A stretch of 64,000 nt of DNA from Haliotis rufescens (Eukaryota), in contig NW_025964367.1 in NCBI RefSeq assembly GCF_023055435.1, forward strand, positions 992,001 through 1,056,000. The letters are read 5' to 3'. The notes under the pieces are model-generated. The model searched no databases. It was not told the DNA's origin and saw only the letters and a program-made list of their open reading frames with translations. This document shows, in pieces, positions 46,167 through 61,500 of this stretch; position 1 is the first letter of the stretch; the number at the start of each line of letters is the position of its first letter. The position numbers were made by a program, and so were the translations under genes.

Positions 46167-47069
46167 CCATGCACATGTCAGAGCATCTACGTTTCAGTTT
46201 AACACAAACCCAAACATTTGCTTCGAACGTTACAGTTTTTAGCGAAATCGTCCATGAAACAATTGCAAATTCACAAGTACACTACCTCTAGCAATCGGTT
46301 GAAATTCAAGAATGCAATGTGGCAGCTCGATAATTTAGCTTGTTTTCGTAGCAATGTATTTGTTTTGTCAAGCAAAGTTTCTAAACGAAACGTAATGTTC
46401 AATGACACATATGCTGATATTGACTTTATTCGCCACGACAATAATCCAGCGATGGAAGCTTTAATCATCTGGAATCTTCATCTGATTGTTCGAGAGAAGG
46501 GATGTGAAATGGTTCATTCTACTTATTCAAGAATGCATTGGAATTAAAGAGACAACACTGTTTCCATATTCAGAGGAAATCTGTGCCAAAAACAGAGTCG
46601 TTTGTACGATTCCGAAACTGCAAACTTCTTTCCTTCTTCCTTTAACTCTCATAATAAGCCCGTCCAGTAACACACCCACAAAGGCTAACACAATGCATAC
46701 TTAAAACCTCATCTGAGGTTGGGATTCTCGTGGAACGGACCTATTCAAAGTGATTTAGAGGCTGGCCTTGGACTTATCCTAACACCGGTGTTCTACTATG
46801 AAAGCAACCATGTATCGTGAGGGCAATTGGATTCAGATTCACTTTATTCAGAATTCCAGGCCATCTAACTCATAGTGCATTACAGTTAGCTAAAATATAG
46901 TTTATGTAGGGAATGGCTTTTGGGTACTTTTACATATACCACTTTTTTATAGGCATAGCTTGCTTTTAATAAACTTGAGCACATAAGAAAATGGTTTGAG
47001 TTTTCATGAAGGTGTGACTACCTGTAAATGTGTAAAGTCAGGCCTGTTGTTCATAACAGCTAGCTACTT

Positions 47070-47415
47070 GAGGTGAGGTGAGGTGAAATTAGGTTTAACG
47101 TCGCGTCCAAGATTATTGCACTTATATAGCGACGTGCATGCACGTGTTTGTGTCTGTCTGTGTGGCTGCTTGTACCAGTTCGGACTTTTGTGCTATAGCC
47201 CACTGAGATACCCTGCCGCAGTTTAACATGAATTCCCCACTCAGACACAGTATACTGACTCCGAGCCGACCAGTCCTTGTTTTAGCACCTTAATGCAGAG
47301 CGCCAGACAGGGTAACAATAGGTACCATCTTTTAAGGTCTTTTGGTATGACGCGGGCGGTGATCGAACTCAGGACCTTCCGCTCTCCGGGCGGACGCTCT
47401 ACGGAGGCAGTCTCT
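47070..47415 (-). mobile_element. SINE family B
   Basis: (gaggt)n tail; counterpart of 1-266. Confidence 0.85.
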
Positions 47416-48961
47416 AGCTACATGAAGTCTAAAGATATTGTATGTAGATATTTTACTATGTATAAGCTGCAAGTGAAAAACACATAAAACACACCTAGAG
47501 CCGGGCTGAAAACAACATCATTTTTCCACAGTTAACAGAAACCTCGGTTAAAACAAAATCTGTTGTACGATTATCATGACCATGTGTCTACGAATCACTA
47601 TCAAGTAATGATGAAAAAGCTATTCGCTAAAAGATGAGTTTATTCACACCTACCTGTGGCACCCGTCACAGACACATGCAAAGGCAAGTCAAGCGTTCAC
47701 CTAAAAAAAACGAATTAGAAACGTTGCACAAAACGTTGTGCAAATGTGGTGCAATAATGTTGTCCCAATAGTACTGACCTGTGACTCTGCCATGGATACA
47801 ATGGCGCGCTGTTCGGTCAGTCATTGTGATATCATACCATTACCATAATGGACCCACCCCAAAACAATAACGCTTTACGACGTTAACATCCATATATCGC
47901 TCATTTGGGACGTCTCCAAACTCGATTCATTAAGTGCGAGTGAGTGAGCGAGTATGGTTTTACGCCCCTTTTAGCAATATTCCAGCAATATCACGGTGGG
48001 GGACACCAGAAATGGACTTCACACATTGTACCCATGTCGGGAATCGAACTCGGATCTTCCGCGTGACGAGCAAACGCTTTAACCACTAGGCTACCCGACC
48101 GCCCCAAGTCGAGAGTGAACATCGATTACTCAGAAAACCAGACCCAACGTCGATTATCCCAGTGCTGACGTTCCCTACACCTCTGGCGCCACTGATTACA
48201 AAAGACATGCAGCAAGTTGTGGGGTGACACGTGGACGTCGTGCACGCATCTGCTATCCGTGCATACGATTTCCAGCGTTTGGACCGTATTGAACTCTTGC
48301 CTCTAGCAACCGGTCCCCAATCTCGGTGACAGTTTGCAACTGACTTCTAACTGCCATCGTTCTGACTGATCTGTCCCGGGCTGGAGTTGATGATTTTTGG
48401 TCGTTCCGAGCGCCATAATGTCTTTGATGGTTTCGGGACCTCAATCCGCTGATGACATTCAGAGTTTGGGCAAAAATATGCTGACGTGTGCGCAGCTGCA
48501 AGATGGGTGGCACTGATCAATAATATTGGTTACTTAATGATTAAATGTGTTTAATAAAGGGTCTTTGAGCATTTGGTTCCAAGAAAACAATGTGCAACCT
48601 ACAATGGTCAATCTGGCATATCACCCTTGCACATGCTGTCCGAGGTCACGTGATTCATAACTTTCACAATGTTCTGCTGGGAGCTTGATTTCTCTGGAAA
48701 TGTTCTTGCCACATACATCACTTACTTTCATTGCCAGACTTTTGCGTATGTTCTTATAGTTTCACCTCAAAACAAAATATCCCAAACTTTTTCGGCATTG
48801 TATAACACAAAGGACACTGGCCAGCAAATCGAGACAAGAGACGTGCCGATATATGACCTAGTGTCAATAAGACTTCTTCATAATCTTCAACTATTAGTTT
48901 GAACACTGAGATTTGTTTCTGAGGCCATCAATACCTATGGGTATTAATAGGATGACACATG

Positions 48962-50086
48962 CACTCTTCAAAAAAGAAACGCGCAAGTAGATTTTTAGTA
49001 AATGTATTGTATCTTATAAAGTCGATATATTTAATTTAATATCATAGATACAAATATGAAATTTTGGAGCTCGACAGTCACATGTTATCGTTGTACTAAG
49101 GCATTGAAAACTGTTCATTTTCAAGTCACATGAGGCCACAAGGTAGCCTTTTCTCGTGTATCTCGTGTGGCCGCCCCGGGCAGCAGTCACGGATCTGCAT
49201 CTCCTTGGCACTGACTGGATAAGTGTACGAATTCTGTCCTGCGGAGTTCTGCGCCATTCTGCTTAAAACGCGTTGGCCAGTTGTGGGAGTGTCTGCGGCG
49301 TGTTCTGACGTTGACGTACACGTCGATAGAGTTAATCCCAGGGGGCCGACGGCCAGGGCAAGGCGTTGACGTTGGCTTTATGAGGGAAGTCGACCTTGAC
49401 AGGAGCTGTGTGCACTGGAGCGTTGTCCTGCTGAAACAGTTCCCTCTGGCGGTCAATGATTGGAAGAAAGTGAGGTTGAAGAATTTGATTCATGTAGCGA
49501 TGTGCTGTCAAACTTCCCTGAACCCAAACCAAGTCAGATTTCCGGGGTAGGATATAGCCCCCCACCGCCAATGCCATCGCCGCCACCGAAATTGTCGAAC
49601 TAACGAACACAATGTTGGGCAAAACGCTCATTTCGACGACGATAAACACATTGTCTCCCATCTCGCCGGTAAATAAGAAATCGTGATTCATCGCTAAACA
49701 ACACTCGTCTCCAGCTTCTCAAATTCCAAGGCTGTAAGGTATGGCACCAACGCAAGCATTGACGTCGATGGATCTGATGCAAAACAGGGACGATAACTGG
49801 TCCTCTGGGTCGGATTCCAGCCTCGCGAAGATGGTGCCTGACAGTCTGGTCCGATATCCTCCTCAAACCAGGGATGCGTCCTGCAGCTCCGTAGCTGTGG
49901 CATTGCGATGACGTAGGTGGAACAGTCGAATGTGGCGATCCAGTGCAGGGGTTGTAACTCTTGCTTGGCCGGTTCTCGGACGGTCTGCAGTGGAATTGAA
50001 CGGTGTGTATTGGTCACAAAGGCGGCAAATGGTGTTGTGGTGGATGTTGAAGTGACGTGCAACAGAAGACTGCGATTCCCCTCTTT
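48962..50086 (-). mobile_element. Tc1 element, copy 2, 5' end removed by a ~1.7-kb deletion
   Basis: Junction ccctcTTT|atac joins copy-1 positions ~3409 and ~5114 through TTT microhomology. Confidence 0.85.
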
Positions 50087-50429
50087 ATACTTTGTAAACG
50101 TCACTATTTGAAGTTTGTTGAAAAAAACAATCAAATGATCGGAAATCCCTTAAATTACAACATAGGAATTTATAATTAAAATGTTTTGAACCGACTGTTG
50201 TACTGCTTTATCGTCCGTTGATATAGGGGGCATTGATATATTTGCACAGATAGTCTTCAAAGTATACCTGTTCAGAGTACGAACGTGCTATCAGTTCATC
50301 CCAAGAGTAGACAGAGGTGGGGCAGGAAAAGGTTACACGTTTAACACATCTCATACCATGAGAAGACACAGATGTTGAACACAGATCATCCCGAGACGAG
50401 TAGACGACACATCAGTGGGAGGTTACATG

Positions 50430-51702
50430 GTTAAAATAGATCATCTCCAAAGAAGACCCAATAAAGATCAAATGAGACTGTGTCAGTTCAACATAGATCA
50501 TGTCCAAAGAAGACCCAGGCCAGATCGAAGGAGACTGTGTCAGTTAAACACAGATCGTTTCCATAGTAGACCCAGGCCAGATCGAAGGAGACTGTGTCAG
50601 TTAAAACACAGATCGTTTCCATAGTAGACCCAGGCCAGATCGAAGGAGACTGTGTCAGTTAAACACAGATCGTTTCCATAGTAGACCCAGGCCAGATCGA
50701 AGGAGACTGTGTCAGTTCAACATAGATCATGTCCAAAGAAGACCCAGGCCAGATCGAAGGAGACTGTGTCAGTTAAACACATATCGTTTCCATAGTAGAC
50801 CCAGGCCAGATCGAAGGAGACTGTGTCAGTTAAAACACAGATCGTTTCCATAGTAGACCCAGGCCAGATCGAAGGAGACTGTGTCAGTTAAAACACAGAT
50901 CGTTTCCATAGTAGACCCAGGCCAGATCGAAGGAGACTGTGTCAGTTAAACACAGATCTTTTCCATAGTAGACCCAGGGCAGATCGAAGGAGACTGTGTC
51001 AGTTAAAACACAGATCGTTTCCATAGTAGACCCAGGGCAGATCGAAGGAGACTGTGTCAGTTAAAACACAGATCGTTTCCATAGTAGACCCAGGCCAGAT
51101 CGAAGGAGACTGTGTCAGTTAAAACACAGATCGTTTCCATAGTAGACCCAGGCCAGATCGAAGGAGACTGTGTCAGTTAAACACAGATCGTTTCCATAAT
51201 AGACCCAGGCCAGATCGAAGGAGACTGTGTCAGTTAAACACAGATCGTTTCCATAGTAGACCCAGGCCAGATCGAAGGAGACTGTGTCAGTTCAACATAG
51301 ATCATGTCCAAAGAAGACCCAGGCCAGATCGAAGGAGACTGTGTCAGTTAAACACATATCGTTTCCATAGTAGACCCAGGCCAGATCGAAGGAGACTGTG
51401 TCAGTTAAAACACAGATCGTTTCCATAGTAGACCCAGGCCAGATCGAAGGAGACTGTGTCAGTTAAAACACAGATCGTTTCCATAGTAGACCCAGGCCAG
51501 ATCGAAGGAGACTGTGTCAGTTAAACACAGATCGTTTCCATAGTAGACCCAGGCCAGATCGAAGGAGACTGTGTCAGTTAAAACACAGATCGTTTCCATA
51601 GTAGACCCAGGGCAGATCGAAGGAGACTGTGTCAGTTAAAACACAGATCGTTTCCATAGTAGACCCAGGGCAGATCGAAGGAGACTGTGTCAGTTAAACA
51701 TA
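50430..51702. repeat. 57/58-bp minisatellite (~22 units), distal array, copy 2
   Basis: Same unit as 5455-5808, expanded. Confidence 0.97.
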
Positions 51703-53122
51703 TGAGAACGCATGCTGTGTGCTCTCACATACAATTGGGTAGCCTTAGAACATAAAGTTGAGAATATAAATCACAGAGTTGATGGCGAAAGTTCCAGTAT
51801 TTATTCTTGAGCAGATGTGATGTAGATACATTCAATACACAATTTCAAGTTATTACAATAATAAAGATGTACATAAGATATTGTATAATATTACAGTTTA
51901 ACATTTACTCAATGAATATTCTCGAGGGAATAAGCTTATAGAGTTGATAATTGATTGTTTTGAGAATTAGCATGGTAGAGTTGACAATGGCGGGAAGATG
52001 ACTGGCTAGAGTTTACAATATTATTAATAATACTAACAAATAACGATAAATGTGCGGTAACTCAACAATGTTGAAATATGTATAATACATTTAAAATACA
52101 ACTATTCACAACAAAGTATGACATGCAATTAATGATAATTGTAAGCAGTATTATAAAAATATGAACTGCATTTTATAATTCATTGCAACAACACTGAATA
52201 GAACGTTATAAAACACAAACATTCCAAATAATTACTTACATTAAACAACGACAACATAAATACATTATCTGTACTCAGTTCAAGTTAGATATAAACAGAG
52301 TTATTTGGTCTAACTTCTTACATTTCTAAACAATAAGTACACATGTGAATAATTTGAACAAGGGAAACAAGCTTACCTTAGAACATAATGTTGAGAATAT
52401 AAATCACAGAGTTGATGGCGACAGTTCCGGTATTTATTCTTGAGCAGATGTGATACCAAAGGGGCATCTGCTTAGTTTTATATAGTTGAGAGGCCGAGGA
52501 GCTGGAACTGCGCCTTTACTTTCCAAAGTATGTAACGCCTATTTTGATTGGATAAGAATTTCTGACCTAAGGCTTGTAATGACTGGCTGATTTCCCAAGT
52601 TTTACTAACCTACTGTTTTACATTAACGATTGATAAAGACAAAGCATCTGGTATAATGTTTGCCTTGAGGTAATCCTTTGCCTAAGGGGGATAATTAGAG
52701 GTGATGGGTAGGTAGACACTGACGATGATTGAGCTACGCTCACTCATTGACGTTGACGGGTATAGAATCAAAATAGCAGGGGATTATGTTTGGACAATGA
52801 GCATGTTGATTTTGTGCCTTATGGGTATGAATTTCGACGGCTTATTGTTTATGTAAGTAGGATGTAAAATGAAAAAGCTTGGCTAACTTTTATTAAGTAA
52901 TATTAAGCTTATATAAAACATATGGACAGTAAATTAATTAAAATGAAATAAAAGTAGAATTATAGAGGAAGCTAATTTTAAATGTACACGAATTTGGATA
53001 TACAGGTATATAAGATTAAGTTGGGAATATTTTATTATAATATTAGCTGTAGTTTTGATTAATTGGATTTAAAATAATGTAAGGAACTTTCAGCGAACTG
53101 GGACAAATATGTACACGATAAC

Positions 53123-53518
53123 ACACAGACCGTCTCCAAAGTACAGCCGGCCTACATCAGAGGAGACTGTGTCACTTCCAGATAGATTGTCTCAAAGGTA
53201 GACCCAGCCTAGATCAGAGGATACTGTGTCAGTTCAACAAAGATCGTTTCCATAGTAGACCCAGCCTAGATCAGAGGATACTGTGTCAGTTCAACATAGA
53301 TCGTCTCCATAGTAGGCCCAGCCTAGATCAGAGGATACTGTGTCAGTTCAACATAGATCGTCTCCATAGTAGACCCAGCCTAGTTCAGAGGAGACTGTGT
53401 CAGTTCAACATAGATCGTCTCCATAGTAGGCCCAGCCTAGATCAGAGGATACTGTGTCAGTTCAACATAGATCGTCTCCATAGTAGACCCAGCCTAGATC
53501 AGAGGAGACTGTGTCAGT
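53123..53518. repeat. 57-bp minisatellite, proximal array, copy 2 (~7 units)
   Basis: The first unit on the minus strand (53518-53462) encodes TDTVSSDLGWVYYGDDLC*. Confidence 0.92.
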
Positions 53519-55446
53519 GGGTTGAGGTCGGGGGAGGAGTTCACACTCTCGAGTTCCTCTGTTGTAGTTGACACCGACACAGGCTCCAGACAACATACAC
53601 TGAAGGACACAGGACAATGGGGGCATGTCAGGTGAAGATACAATGACAGGGGAGACAAGTCGTGCTGCTGATGCATTGAAATAGCCGAATCGCTTTCTGG
53701 CTGAAATATGTCAACGTAATAAAATTATGGCATCTTAATAATATGTTTTCTGTCCGGAGTGTACAATTTATGTATAATAGATGTATTATGTCGTTGTTAA
53801 GACAGGACTCATTGAACTCACTTACTGTTGTTCACTCCGACACACCTCATTTGCAAGAATTACCAACATCACTCCGACATAGTGATCAGAGTACTCCGTT
53901 GTCATCTGCCCGCGAGTACACAGCCCGTGTATTGATGCAAGATGAGTGGGCTGATAGCAGCATATTACAACGGATGCAGAGATAAAGAATTTTATGTCTT
54001 TATGTTTTACAATTACAATATGAATTGATTTCGGAACCTCAATGGCTTTTTAAGATGTGACTTATTTATATAGGCCGTCCTACCTGACTGGACTCCATAC
54101 ACTTCAAGTTCACAGAAGTTGAGAGCATCGTATTTGCCTCTGATTTTCGGTTTCCACAGTCTGATGAACCTTCCCAAGACCGGAGCGTCACATGCTATGT
54201 TCCCCACGGAACCAAACGTGCCAGTGTAGTTCTTACAGATGGAGAAAGCTGCTGATGGACATCGCGATGGATTTTGTACATACACCTGGATTACAAAGTC
54301 ATGGAGTCTTTCCCCTGAAAAATAACATTAAACTAATAAACACAACACTATTATTGTGTTTGGCATAAACACATTTAGCTTCAAGCATAATTATACAAAA
54401 ACAGTGCTTAAGATGAATGCGTATATATGCTTCTGTGATGTGGCACGTCTTACAGTAACTTCGTATATTCAAGCATCTTCAGAAACCATTTGGTCGACTG
54501 ATACTAATTTGACGATGATAATAATTTGTATGAAAGATGAATTGTGGGTGAAGGTTGACGCAGAGTAGAAGTAGTTTGAGATACCGTAACGTACCACAGC
54601 AGTCTCCCCTGTTGTAGATGGTGACGTTGTGGACACTGTACTGCCCCAGGAGATCCACAACAAACCAGGGCGACATGTCACCATTTTTAGTGTGAATGCA
54701 GACACCGTTGAAGAGATGGGTACTATGGCTGCCATCCACAGCATTAGCAGCGACATGTGGTTGCCTCACGCTGCTCATCCATGCTGGTTTCTTCAGAGCC
54801 AGATTCAAACTTTGGAATTTGCAGACTGAAAATTGAGATTCTAAGTCATATGTGTGTATCGACAATGAATGTATCTGAAAGAACCAAATGTTTTATGTTT
54901 TGTAAAATGTGTATTTCCAGCTGTCAGGGGCACACATCTGCAACATTCGCCTTCATGATATTGACAACATGCAGTAGTAACCTCTTTACATTACTTTTCT
55001 TTGTGACTTAGGATGTTCATGAGATTACTTTACAAGGGAAAGTGAGTGACATTATTTGAGGAATAACCATTTCCCTGCATTTAAATGCATCGTATCTTTT
55101 TCGTAATCTTTAGAAATAACGTCCATAAACAGAGAGGGTATGTTTTGAAGCAGGACATGTGCTCGCCTGAGACTGGTTCTGCTCCAGTATGAGTACCATC
55201 TGTGCAGCCTATTATCTTCTCTACTGCCCTGACATGGCTAAAGTCTTACTGATTCGAAGAGAAAGCGTTAGATATCTAAAAAGCTTCTGTCTCTTATTAT
55301 ATGGCTACAAACTTTCAATTGCTGTACAAAATATATCCGAAGTATAGCCTATAAACCTATTACTAACGAATTTAACAAAAAAATAAGACCTCACCATCCA
55401 AATATATGACGAGCAGGAAAGAGATCCGGGAGTAGAGGTCTGCCAT
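53462..55446 (-). CDS. F-type lectin plus PAN/Apple-like domain, ~250 aa, copy 2
   Basis: Exons 55446-55395, 54825-54595, 54314-54084 and 53700-53462. Splice sites are conserved, the frame is intact, and CIHT...RGDCCGER is retained. Confidence 0.88.
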
Positions 55447-56499
55447 ACTGTCGCTGATCAATTCTATAACCAACACGGCTGATGTGTTTAAGAAACTTAA
55501 GACTTGAAAATGACAATGTTCAATATTGATTGAAATCTCCTGACAGTACGTTGGCTCAACAGAACGTCTTTTTGTACCTGTTGGTGGGTTGCTGCAGAAA
55601 CACCAGTCACAGTGACTTTAGTATCCTGCAGTGTCGTATCGCTGCACCCTGGATGTTCCGGAAGGTTATAACTTAATCATGCTGGTGTTTGTTGTCTGGG
55701 GACTGATGCTTCCACAATGATGGATTGTTGTGTTCCATAACTTCGATCGTTAAATGTAATCGATTTCGGTTTAGAAATGTATCCCAAGGGTATACCTACA
55801 CTTGTACGCTGGCTGTCTTGTACTTGTCCTTCAAAACCCCTCATGAAACAGTTATTGATCTGTTATATACTGACCAACAAAGCAAGGGGTCATGAAGGGG
55901 ATATGTTTTGGAGTGAAGAACACACATGCAATTTCATAAAGATATCTAAAAAAATATTCACGATCCCTGACATGTTTGGTCAGTATATATCCGTGTCCGG
56001 CTAAAGACGTTTCATTTCACAATGAAACACCACAGACAGTACAGATACCGATGTATTGAGAATAGCTCAATCGTTGATGTACCGTTTTCATGTTTATTGC
56101 AGAACTGCTGTTCTGCGTCGGGAAATAAAGACTGCGAGTGCTACCGAGAGTGCAGGTCATACTTACCCTGAACACCTGGTGTCATAACTGATTTCATTCA
56201 CATAATTTTCACCGCTATTTTGCCTTTTACGCCCAAAGGGCCCTTTTTTCAGGTGATCATTGAGACTTGTTATTCTCTGGCGTTGACGTTGTAAGGTTCT
56301 ACATGCATTACTATGACAATCAGTAATTGTATTTTCACTGGACATAATGCTGAAAGTACTTATCATATTGCTAGATGTTTAATGCTAGGCATTATTCGTG
56401 TTAGCAATACAAATAATAATATACCCTTAACTAAATTGTTATCACTCGATTCATGCAGATGTGATGGCGTAGAAGGAATGTTGGCCTATAGCCAAAATG

Positions 56500-56761
56500 A
56501 TTTGTTTGCTTGTTAACGCCGCAATCAACAATATTACAGCTATATGACGGCGGTCTGTAAATAGCCGAGTTTGGACCAGACAATCCGGTGATTGATGTCA
56601 TGAGCATCGATCTATGAAATTGGAATACGATGGAATGCATCAACCACGTCAACGAGCCTCACCACCCGATCCCGTTAGTCGCCTCTTACGACAAGCATAG
56701 TCACCTTTTACAACAAGCATGGGTTGCTGAAGACCTATTCTACCCTGGATCTTTACGGGTG
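56500..56761 (-). mobile_element. SINE family C
   Basis: Counterpart of 18439-18699. Confidence 0.8.
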
Positions 56762-57113
56762 TAGCCATAATGACATAAATGCAGACCGAAATGTGTACTT
56801 ATGAAATGTAACTTCTCCTTATCCTACATAGGCGAAGTATAACATGTGTGTCACAAATAGATTACCGTGGAGTGAGGACGTGCTTATGTTGCCTCTCTCG
56901 ACCTGAGCGTCCTTGTAAGCTTACAGGGAGCTACAGGTTATATATGATCTTCACTGGACAGTGGAAAGAATATGAAGTTTGCAAATCCTTCAGAGGGTGT
57001 GTGATTTATTCTCATTTGGATCTTGGATATATACCATGTGGACCTTACTACATTTGGATCCATCAACCTGAAGGTAACTCACTTTATTTCTATTGTCCGT
57101 ACTAGCTGAAAGT

Positions 57114-58519
57114 ATGAGCAACACCAGTTCTCCACGATACTCTACACAGGAACCTGACTCTCTGGACTATGGTATCCTAAATGAGTTACGCGACACACTT
57201 AGTGGGTATGATAGACAGACATGTGAAACTAAGTTGACTACGATATACAGGGATGAGGAAAACCAACTAAATGACATTCGTTTCTCATTGTATGACATTG
57301 CAAAGAGTGAAAAACCTGACTTTCCAGATGGTGTCCTTATAAAGAGGGTGAAAAGAGCCGGCCAGACTAAAAGTGTGCTTATGAAATATGCATCAGATGT
57401 GTACCTGCTCTATAGCTATATTACTGGGTCTGTGCCTGCTCATGTTATTCAATCGGAAGTCATGAGTCGACAGAAATCACGTGCTCACGGTAACAAAGTA
57501 TCTGACGAAAACACTGAGCTTGTGGATGATAAAGACAAAGATGTGCTTGGATGTTTACTCTCAAAACTAATTTGTATGCATGAAGAGATGAATGAACGCT
57601 TTACAGTTATCTATGATAAAATGAACGATTTCCAGTCTAAATATGAAGAGGACATGTTTCACATGATTACTACATTAGAAGAAAAGAACAAAGAACTTGT
57701 TTTCCTTAAAACTAAAGTTCAAGAGAGTCAATCCCGCGAGGAAAAACTTAAGCATGGTGTGTTATCACTGAAGGAAGACCTACAACGTAAGAATGTAGAT
57801 ATTAAAGAGCTCCAAGAAACTCAACAATTGATAAACGAACGTCTGCTATAGATGGGAAAATAGATTGTATGAGCACCAGAAGTAAGCTATTGTACTCAGA
57901 TGCCGTCAAAAGTGCGAATCCTGATGACCTGCGTGTGACATTTGAAAATACAACAACAACCCAAGCAGCAGCTCATTGTCCAGCAATTAGTGATGGCGAC
58001 CCATCTAGATCAACAAACTCAACAATCCGAGACCACAGACAAAAGCCAAACAATGTGAAACACTCGCGACAAGAAATATCACGTGGCCACACGAACAATG
58101 AACCGTCCCTTACTATTACATGCGAAAGCCCCAGTGAAGAAAATCATGCAAGCCAATCAAGAACAGTCCAGCTGAACGATCAGTGGAAAAAAGCCTTCTC
58201 TGGGGCCTCTCGCTTTAAACAAAAGTGGCTTGTTCTGTCTTATGTAAAAGCTGACATGCCCTTTGAAATTGTACAAGACGCGATCAAGGACTATGCAACA
58301 CAGCGTGGTGTTACAATTAGCTATATGAAGCTCCTTAAGCATTGGGAAGGCCGAAATCCAACTTACACAATACGTGTAAATATGCCAACACAATGTGCAA
58401 AGGCAATATTGGCCGATGAAACGTTCTGGCCTGAAAATGTTAACTGCAGAGAATGGGTACCAAAAAGTTCTTGGTATACATATGACAACTCAGGAGCCGA
58501 GAATGAAAAGCTATACTAA
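57114..58519 (+). pseudogene. LINE ORF1 (coiled coil plus RRM-like FWP...CREW), one frameshift near 57845
   Basis: Two adjacent ORFs (57093-57851 and 57869-58519) in different frames. Confidence 0.8.
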
Positions 58520-58557
58520 TAATAAACATTATACATAGTGCACTGTTACTACTCGGT

Positions 58558-61500
58558 ATGCTTCGAATAGCAACTTGGAACATACGAGGCATTATGCACG
58601 GTACACATCAGTTATGTACCAGACTAGACAGCACAGATCTATTCTTTGTGACTGAACATTGGTTAAGTGAACAAAATGCCTCCCTTATGAACACTATACA
58701 TGATGATTTTGATGTTTACTATAAATGCAGCTGTACCAGTACTTCTCAGCGTGGGTCAGGTGGTATAGCAACCTTCATACGTAAAGGCGATTGGTGTAGG
58801 GTATCCGTAATCAATACATCACAAAGCCAAAATGTAATCGGTGTAAGTCTACAAATAGGTAGTAACACATTATATGTGATAGGAACGAGATTACCTTCCA
58901 CTAACATCTTAGACAGTGTATACTTTGAACAGCTGGATTATGTGATGGAATTGTAATGACTGTCCTAAAAAAACATATGGTGGATATAAGCTCAATTGGA
59001 AGAAAGCGTGTGATACTGATCTTATGCTGTATCGCTATGAAACTGAAAATTACTTTCGTGAAGACATATGCAAGTTGTCCCAATTCCAATCCCACAATGA
59101 ATATATTGAAACGTATAATAAGTACATTACAGATGCCCTCCATGCATCTACTGCAGTAAGTATCCCATCAACAAAGTTTAAACCCTACCTCAAACCCTAC
59201 TGGAAAAAAGACAACCTGAAGTTATTACATGATGAAATGCGCAGTAAAATACGACATTGGCAAGAGAATGGCAGGTCACATGCTAAGAACGATGAGAACT
59301 TTGTTAAATATAAAGAAGCAAAGCGTAGTTTTAGAAGACAGCATCGCAGATCCAAACAATCGCTCATAGATAGCAGACTGAAAGAACTTTATGAGGCAGC
59401 TGAAATAGATGTACATGAATACTCTAAAACTGCAAAACGATATCACAAAACTAAGGACCAAGTCCACAAACTTCTTTATAAATGTAACCAAAGTAGTAAC
59501 GCGGAAGGTATTTGTGGAATCTTTGGTAAATACTTTCGAGACTTGTCAATCCCAACCATGGAAAGTCATTTTGACTGCTCTTTTGCTGATGAAGTAATAT
59601 TCTCAGTCAGAAATATTGAAAACAACGAAACATCTGATGCTGATACCGATGTAACTGCTAACCATCCATTGAAGAGACCATTCACCATTGCAGAGGTAGT
59701 GAGTACAGTTAAAGGACTGAAAAACAATAAATCTCCAGGACCTGATGGGCTCACAAACGAACATATTAAGTATGCGGGAAGATCTTTATTAAAGCATATT
59801 ATGGTATTATTCAATGCTATTATTAAACATGAATATATACCCAAAATGTATCATATTGGCGAAATCTTACCAGTATATAAGGGACGAGGAAAAAGTAAAA
59901 GTGATCCATCTAACTACAGGGGCATAACACTAACTTCAGTCCTAAGTAAGCTTTTCGAAAGAATGCTTCTCAACAGAATCGAAAAATGGACAAGCGACGA
60001 TGTAACCTTCCCTCACCCACTACAGTTTGGATTTAGAAAAAATGCTGGTGCTGAAACGGCGGCTCTCACTCTTCTAGAAAGTATTTCATACTTTAACGAA
60101 AGAAACTCACCAGTTTATTGTGCCTTCCTCGATAACGAGAAAGCCTTCGATCGTGTTTGGCTTGACGGTCTCTTCTACAAATTACATAAATTTGGTATCA
60201 ATGGTAAATTATGGAGAATTCTACGTTTGTCCTACAATTCTATGTACTCATGTGTTAGCTTTGTTGGCTTCAAATCTGATGTTTTCCCTGTTAAACAGGG
60301 TGTAGGTCAGGGTCGTGTCATATCAGCATGGCTCTTTACTCTTTATATAAACGATTTGCTTCATGAACTAAGCAATTCCGGTTGTGGACTATGTCTCCCA
60401 TGGGGACGATGCCCAGGAATACTGTTAGCAGACGACACGACCTTGATCAGCTGTAACACAACAGGTCTTCAAATGCTCCTAAACGTTGCAGAAAATTATG
60501 GAAACAAGTGGCAGTTAAAATACAATGTGTTCAAAAGTGCTGTCCTTACTTTTGGATGTAGTAAAAAGATAGTGTCGCCTGAACATCTTTACATTGGTAA
60601 GATAAAATTACCTGTTCGAAAGGCAATTGTCTATGCGGGAGTGTACATAAGTACTGCTAAAACTTCGGTAGAAAGAACGAGGTTAGCATGTGAAAAACTG
60701 AGAAAATTGATAAATGTAAACCATGATTCTGGCCTGTACTTTGGTGGACTTAATCCTATAGCCGCCGTGCGCATCTGGCAACGAGTGATATTACCCTGTG
60801 GCTTATATGGATGTAATGTGTGGGGAAAACTATCATTAAAGGAATATTAAATGCTAGAAATCACTCAACGCTATTTCTGTAAGAAAATCCAGGGTTTTAA
60901 TAAGCGTATGCCTAAAGAAATAGAGAGGGACACAATTGGTGTTATATCAGTACAAGGATACATTGATCAACAAAAGCTTTTGCTCCTTGGTAAGCTATGT
61001 AATTCAAACCTAATGTATATTTTCAAACAAATGTTTCTAGCCCGACTTGGACAGTTTAGATATAAAACAACACTAGTTAATAAGAACAAGTGGGACACGA
61101 AATCACCCATCTTTAGCATGCTACATCTTGTCTCCAAATATAATTTATCTGACGAGGTTAATAATTATATAATGTGTTCAAATTTCATCAAGAAACGATT
61201 ATGGTCAAAACTGGTGAAAGAAAAGATTCACCTACACGAAAAACAATTACTAAACAATGCGTTTCTGAGCAGATTATCTCTGTCAAGATATCTAACAATA
61301 CGATCTGGACGAGAACATAGATTATGGAAACTTGGTCTCGATAGACCAGAATATTTTACTTCCTTAGCGAGACTAGTTCGCTTAGGTTCAATGCCAATAG
61401 AATCAAAGGAATGTATTTGTGGAACAGTTGCGAATGATATAGTGAAACACGTTTTCATGTCATGTCAAAAGAATTTAGAAGAAAGAAATATCATATTTGA

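Noticed and set aside
50430-51702. CRISPR-like array
   Set aside because: Head-to-tail units with no unique spacers, no cas genes, and a eukaryotic context. It is a minisatellite.
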